In this document: positions 48,940-52,086 of the stretch, in pieces
Position numbering within the stretch: the stretch's first letter is position 1
Layout of the letters: each line of letters starts with the position of its first letter
Translations under genes and position numbers: made by a program
Assembly (NCBI RefSeq): GCF_001194135.2
Contig: NC_068998.1
Location: 20,842,461 to 20,894,546 of the forward strand
Reading direction: 5' to 3'
Length of the DNA stretch: 52,086 nt
Origin: Octopus bimaculoides
Taxonomy: Eukaryota
Notes under the pieces: model-generated
What the model was told of the DNA's origin: nothing
Database searches by the model: none
The model's input: only the letters and a program-made list of their open reading frames with translations

Positions 48940-49289
48940 TATATTTATTTTTTATCTATTAAGAAGTAATGAGAAGAACAGAGGAAAAAATGAGCTGAAA
49001 AAGAACACCTAGGTAGATGTAGAATGAAGAAATGCTAGTTTAGATTTGAGAATGTGGCCCATATATATATGGACACAGAATTAAGAAAAATGGATTAACA
49101 ACTTCTCTGCATGTATAGAAAGAAATAAAAGCAAAGAAAAAAAAAATAATAGAATTATAACAAAAAGAATAATAATTTAAAAATAACAAAAAATAATAAT
49201 AGGATAACAAAAAATAAAACGTATCCTAAAATAAAAAGCAAAAATAAAATCAACAAATGTTGAAACAACACTGCTTCTACTGGTGCTGC

Positions 49290-49560
49290 TGGTGGAAATG
49301 ATGATGGTGGTAGTGTGGTGGAATAGTGAAGGTGGTGGGGCAGTAGTGGTGGTGGTAGTGGATGTTGTGCTAGTGATAAAGGCATTGATGATGTTGGTGA
49401 TAATGAGGGTGGCAGTGGGAATTGATAGTGGCAATGGAGGGGGCGAAATGGAATTGTAGCATTGATTGGAATTGGTGTGGGTGGTAGTGGTAGCAGTGAT
49501 GATGATGACAGTGGTGGTGATGATGATGATGATGATGACTATGACGATAACAATAACTGA
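49290..49560. repeat. Compound (GGT)n/(GAT)n low-complexity tract just downstream of the HD exon donor
   Basis: Read directly; explains the poly-T/I/P extension of ORF 49177-49797. Confidence 0.85.
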
Positions 49561-49565
49561 CTGAC

Positions 49566-49758
49566 CTGGAATGGTGAGCTGGTATGGTGGCTGCATGTAG
49601 TTCAGCAGATCAACTGTAGTATTTTTGTACCATACTTGGACATAGTAACCTCGGTCTAAACTTTGATGAAGTTCCAATATCACACTGGCAGCATATGGAG
49701 GACTTAAGCCATTGAAAACACTTAAGGCATTGAGTAAAGCCGACACAGTGGCATCATG
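49566..49758 (-). CDS. ACP2-like: Histidine acid phosphatase (ACP2/ACP3 family), internal exon carrying the catalytic His-Asp motif
   Basis: Translation HDATVSALLNALSVFNGLSPPYAASVILELHQSLDRGYYVQVWYKNTTVDLLNYMQPPYQLTIP-G matches the HDTT...NG..PPYAS..ELY...VEMYYRN...PY.L.LPG region of lysosomal/prostatic acid phosphatases. Acceptor tttctctatttccctccag|CATGAT, donor CCAG|gtcagt; 193 nt, phase 0 to 1. Confidence 0.93.
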
Positions 49759-50315
49759 CTGGAGGGAAATAGAGAAAGAGGTTGAGAAATTATACAACTG
49801 TGTGTGTATTGAAATATTGTTCTTTCAAATGAGATAACATAATGGTTGACTAATGTTTAGAATTTCATCTAAATCCAAATTACAATAAATTATTAAACAT
49901 AATTTGTCTTTTGATCTATATAACATATTTGAATAATTTACAGAATGTGAGCAAAATAAAACAGGCAATTTGGTTTATCTTTTTATTATATATATATCAT
50001 CATCATCATCGTTTAACGTCCGCTTTCCATGCTAGCATGGGTTGGACGATTTGACTGAGGACTGGATATATATATATATATATAGATACACACACAGAGA
50101 CAGACACACATACATACATACATATATATAAGGTCTGATCCATAAGTATCGCGACTGTTGCTATAGTAATGAAACTAAAGCATGCAAAGTGAAGCTGCTT
50201 GGCACAGATTGACCTTGAACTTTGCTGTGCATATGCACTGAGTTTTAACATTCTAGCTCACTCCTCTGTTTATAGCAGTGCTTGGAAGGAAGGTATGTAT
50301 TACTTAATTGATATA

Positions 50316-50777
50316 CAGTAATCCCTCGACAGTGGAGGTGTGTGGCTTAGTGGTTAGGGTGTCAGCATCATGATTACAAGATTGTGATTTTGATTCCTGG
50401 ACTGGGTGACGCGTTGTGTTCTTGAGCAAAACACTTCATTTCACGTTGCTCCAGTCCACTCAGCTGGCAAAAATGAGTAACACTGCGATGGACTGGCGTC
50501 CTGTCCAGCTGGGGAACACATACGCTATTGAAACTGGTAAACCAGGCCCATGAGCCTGGCTAGGCTTTAAAAAGACACATTTATGTTATTAACCCCTCGA
50601 CTATCCCTTGATGTTCCAAAATCCCTATAACAGATGAAAATCCGTGAAGTAGAAACAACACTGTACTGTATAGTTTTAAAAATTATTTTTGTATGCAAAA
50701 CAACACCATGGGGGAAGCGATGTAAGCTTAAATAATAAACCATGATAGATAGACTACAATATGGCATGGGATTACTG
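50316..50777. mobile_element. Tc1/pogo-like MITE interrupted by a SINE
   Basis: TA-flanked ends CAGTAATCCC / GGGATTACTG. A SINE at ~50331-50590 is flanked by an 11-bp TSD aatccctcgac / aacccctcgac. Confidence 0.75.
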
Positions 50778-51606
50778 TATATGATTGTAAGGTCATGAGT
50801 TCGATTCCTGGCAAAGCGTTGTGTCCTTGAGCAAGATACTTTATTTCACGTTGCTCCAGTCCACTCAGATGGCAAAAATAAGTTGGACCTGTATTTCAAA
50901 GGGCCAGCCTTGTCACACTCAGTGTCATGCTGAATCTTTCTGAGAACTACGTTAAGGGTACACGAGTCTGTGGAGTACTCAGCCACTTGTACCTTAATTT
51001 CATGAGCAAGCTGTTCCGTTGATCGTATCAGCTGGGACTCGTATCGTCATAACCAATGGCGTGCTCCAAGTAGTGGTGGTGGTGGATGTTTTATACATAT
51101 ATATATATACACATATATATATGTATACAAAGATACACACACATATATCTATACACATGCATACAAACAGATACACACACANNNNNNNNNNNNNNNNNNN
51201 NNNNNNNNNNNNNNNNNNNNNNNNNNNNNNNNNNNNNNNNNNNNNNNNNNNNNNNNNNNNNNNNNNNNNNNNNNNNNNNNNNNNNNNNNNNNNNNNNNNN
51301 NNNNNNNNNNNNNNNNNNNNNNNNNNNNNNNNNNNNNNNNNNNNNNNNNNNNNNNNNNNNNNNNNNNNNNNNNNNNNNNNNNNNNNNNNNNNNNNNNNNN
51401 NNNNNNNNNNNNNNNNNNNNNNNNNNNNNNNNNNNNNNNNNNNNNNNNNNNNNNNNNNNNNNNNNNATATATATAAATAGATATATATATATACATATAT
51501 ATATATACACATATATATATGTATACAAAGATACACACACATATATCTATACACATGCATACAAACAGATACACACACATATATCTATACACATGCATAC
51601 AAACAG

Positions 51607-51646
<40 letters not shown>

Positions 51647-52086
51647 CCTTTATCATTATACTTGTCTTGGTCATCAGGCTGCAGCTATGCTGGGGCATCA
51701 CCTTGAAGAATTTCGGTTGAACTCATCGACTTCAGTACTTATTATTTTTTGTAAAGGCTAGTACTCATTCCATTGATCTCTTTTGCCAAATTGCTAAGTT
51801 ACAGGTTTGTAAACACACCAACACTGGTCGTCAAGTGGTGGTGGGGAACAAACATACACAAAGACATACATGTATATATACAGATATATATATATATATG
51901 TAACCTCGTGGGCATCGGTGCCGATTTTCTTTTCCTCCGTTTTTCCATTCTTTGAACTTTCCCTCTTTCCGACGAAGGGCTCCGCCCGAAATGTCATACT
52001 CTCTTTCCTTTCCCGAGCGTCCAATAACACTATCCGTATCACGTCCTCACTTTGTTGTTTTTTTGTGTTTTTTTAAACTATATATA

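Overview
AT-rich, gap-riddled eukaryotic genomic DNA. The repeat landscape (tRNA-derived SINEs, RTE LINEs, Tc1/mariner, Penelope-like elements, dense (TA)n/(CA)n) looks like a coleoid cephalopod/octopus draft scaffold; this is inference. The only well-supported gene is the 3' part of a histidine acid phosphatase (ACP2/ACP3 family) on the minus strand: exons 49566-49758 (catalytic HD motif) and 46948-47058, plus a candidate next exon starting at 45460. Its upstream exons lie beyond the window. A possible orphan terminal exon sits at 1041-1113 (+). Nearly all long entries in the ORF track are artefacts of N-gaps and microsatellites. The most notable signals are: (i) a Penelope-like element whose pseudo-LTR combines a tRNA-like Pol III head with a minimal hammerhead ribozyme and occurs as inverted, head-to-head copies, plus other unrelated hammerhead-like motifs; (ii) a perfect minisatellite whose unit equals the target-site duplication of an adjacent SINE; (iii) a ~310-bp fold-back containing (TTAGGG)n; (iv) possible alternative membrane-anchored versus soluble C-termini for the phosphatase; (v) a speculative small secreted-peptide gene. 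No database searches or folding computations were run. Repeat boundaries are approximate unless TIR/TSD coordinates are given.
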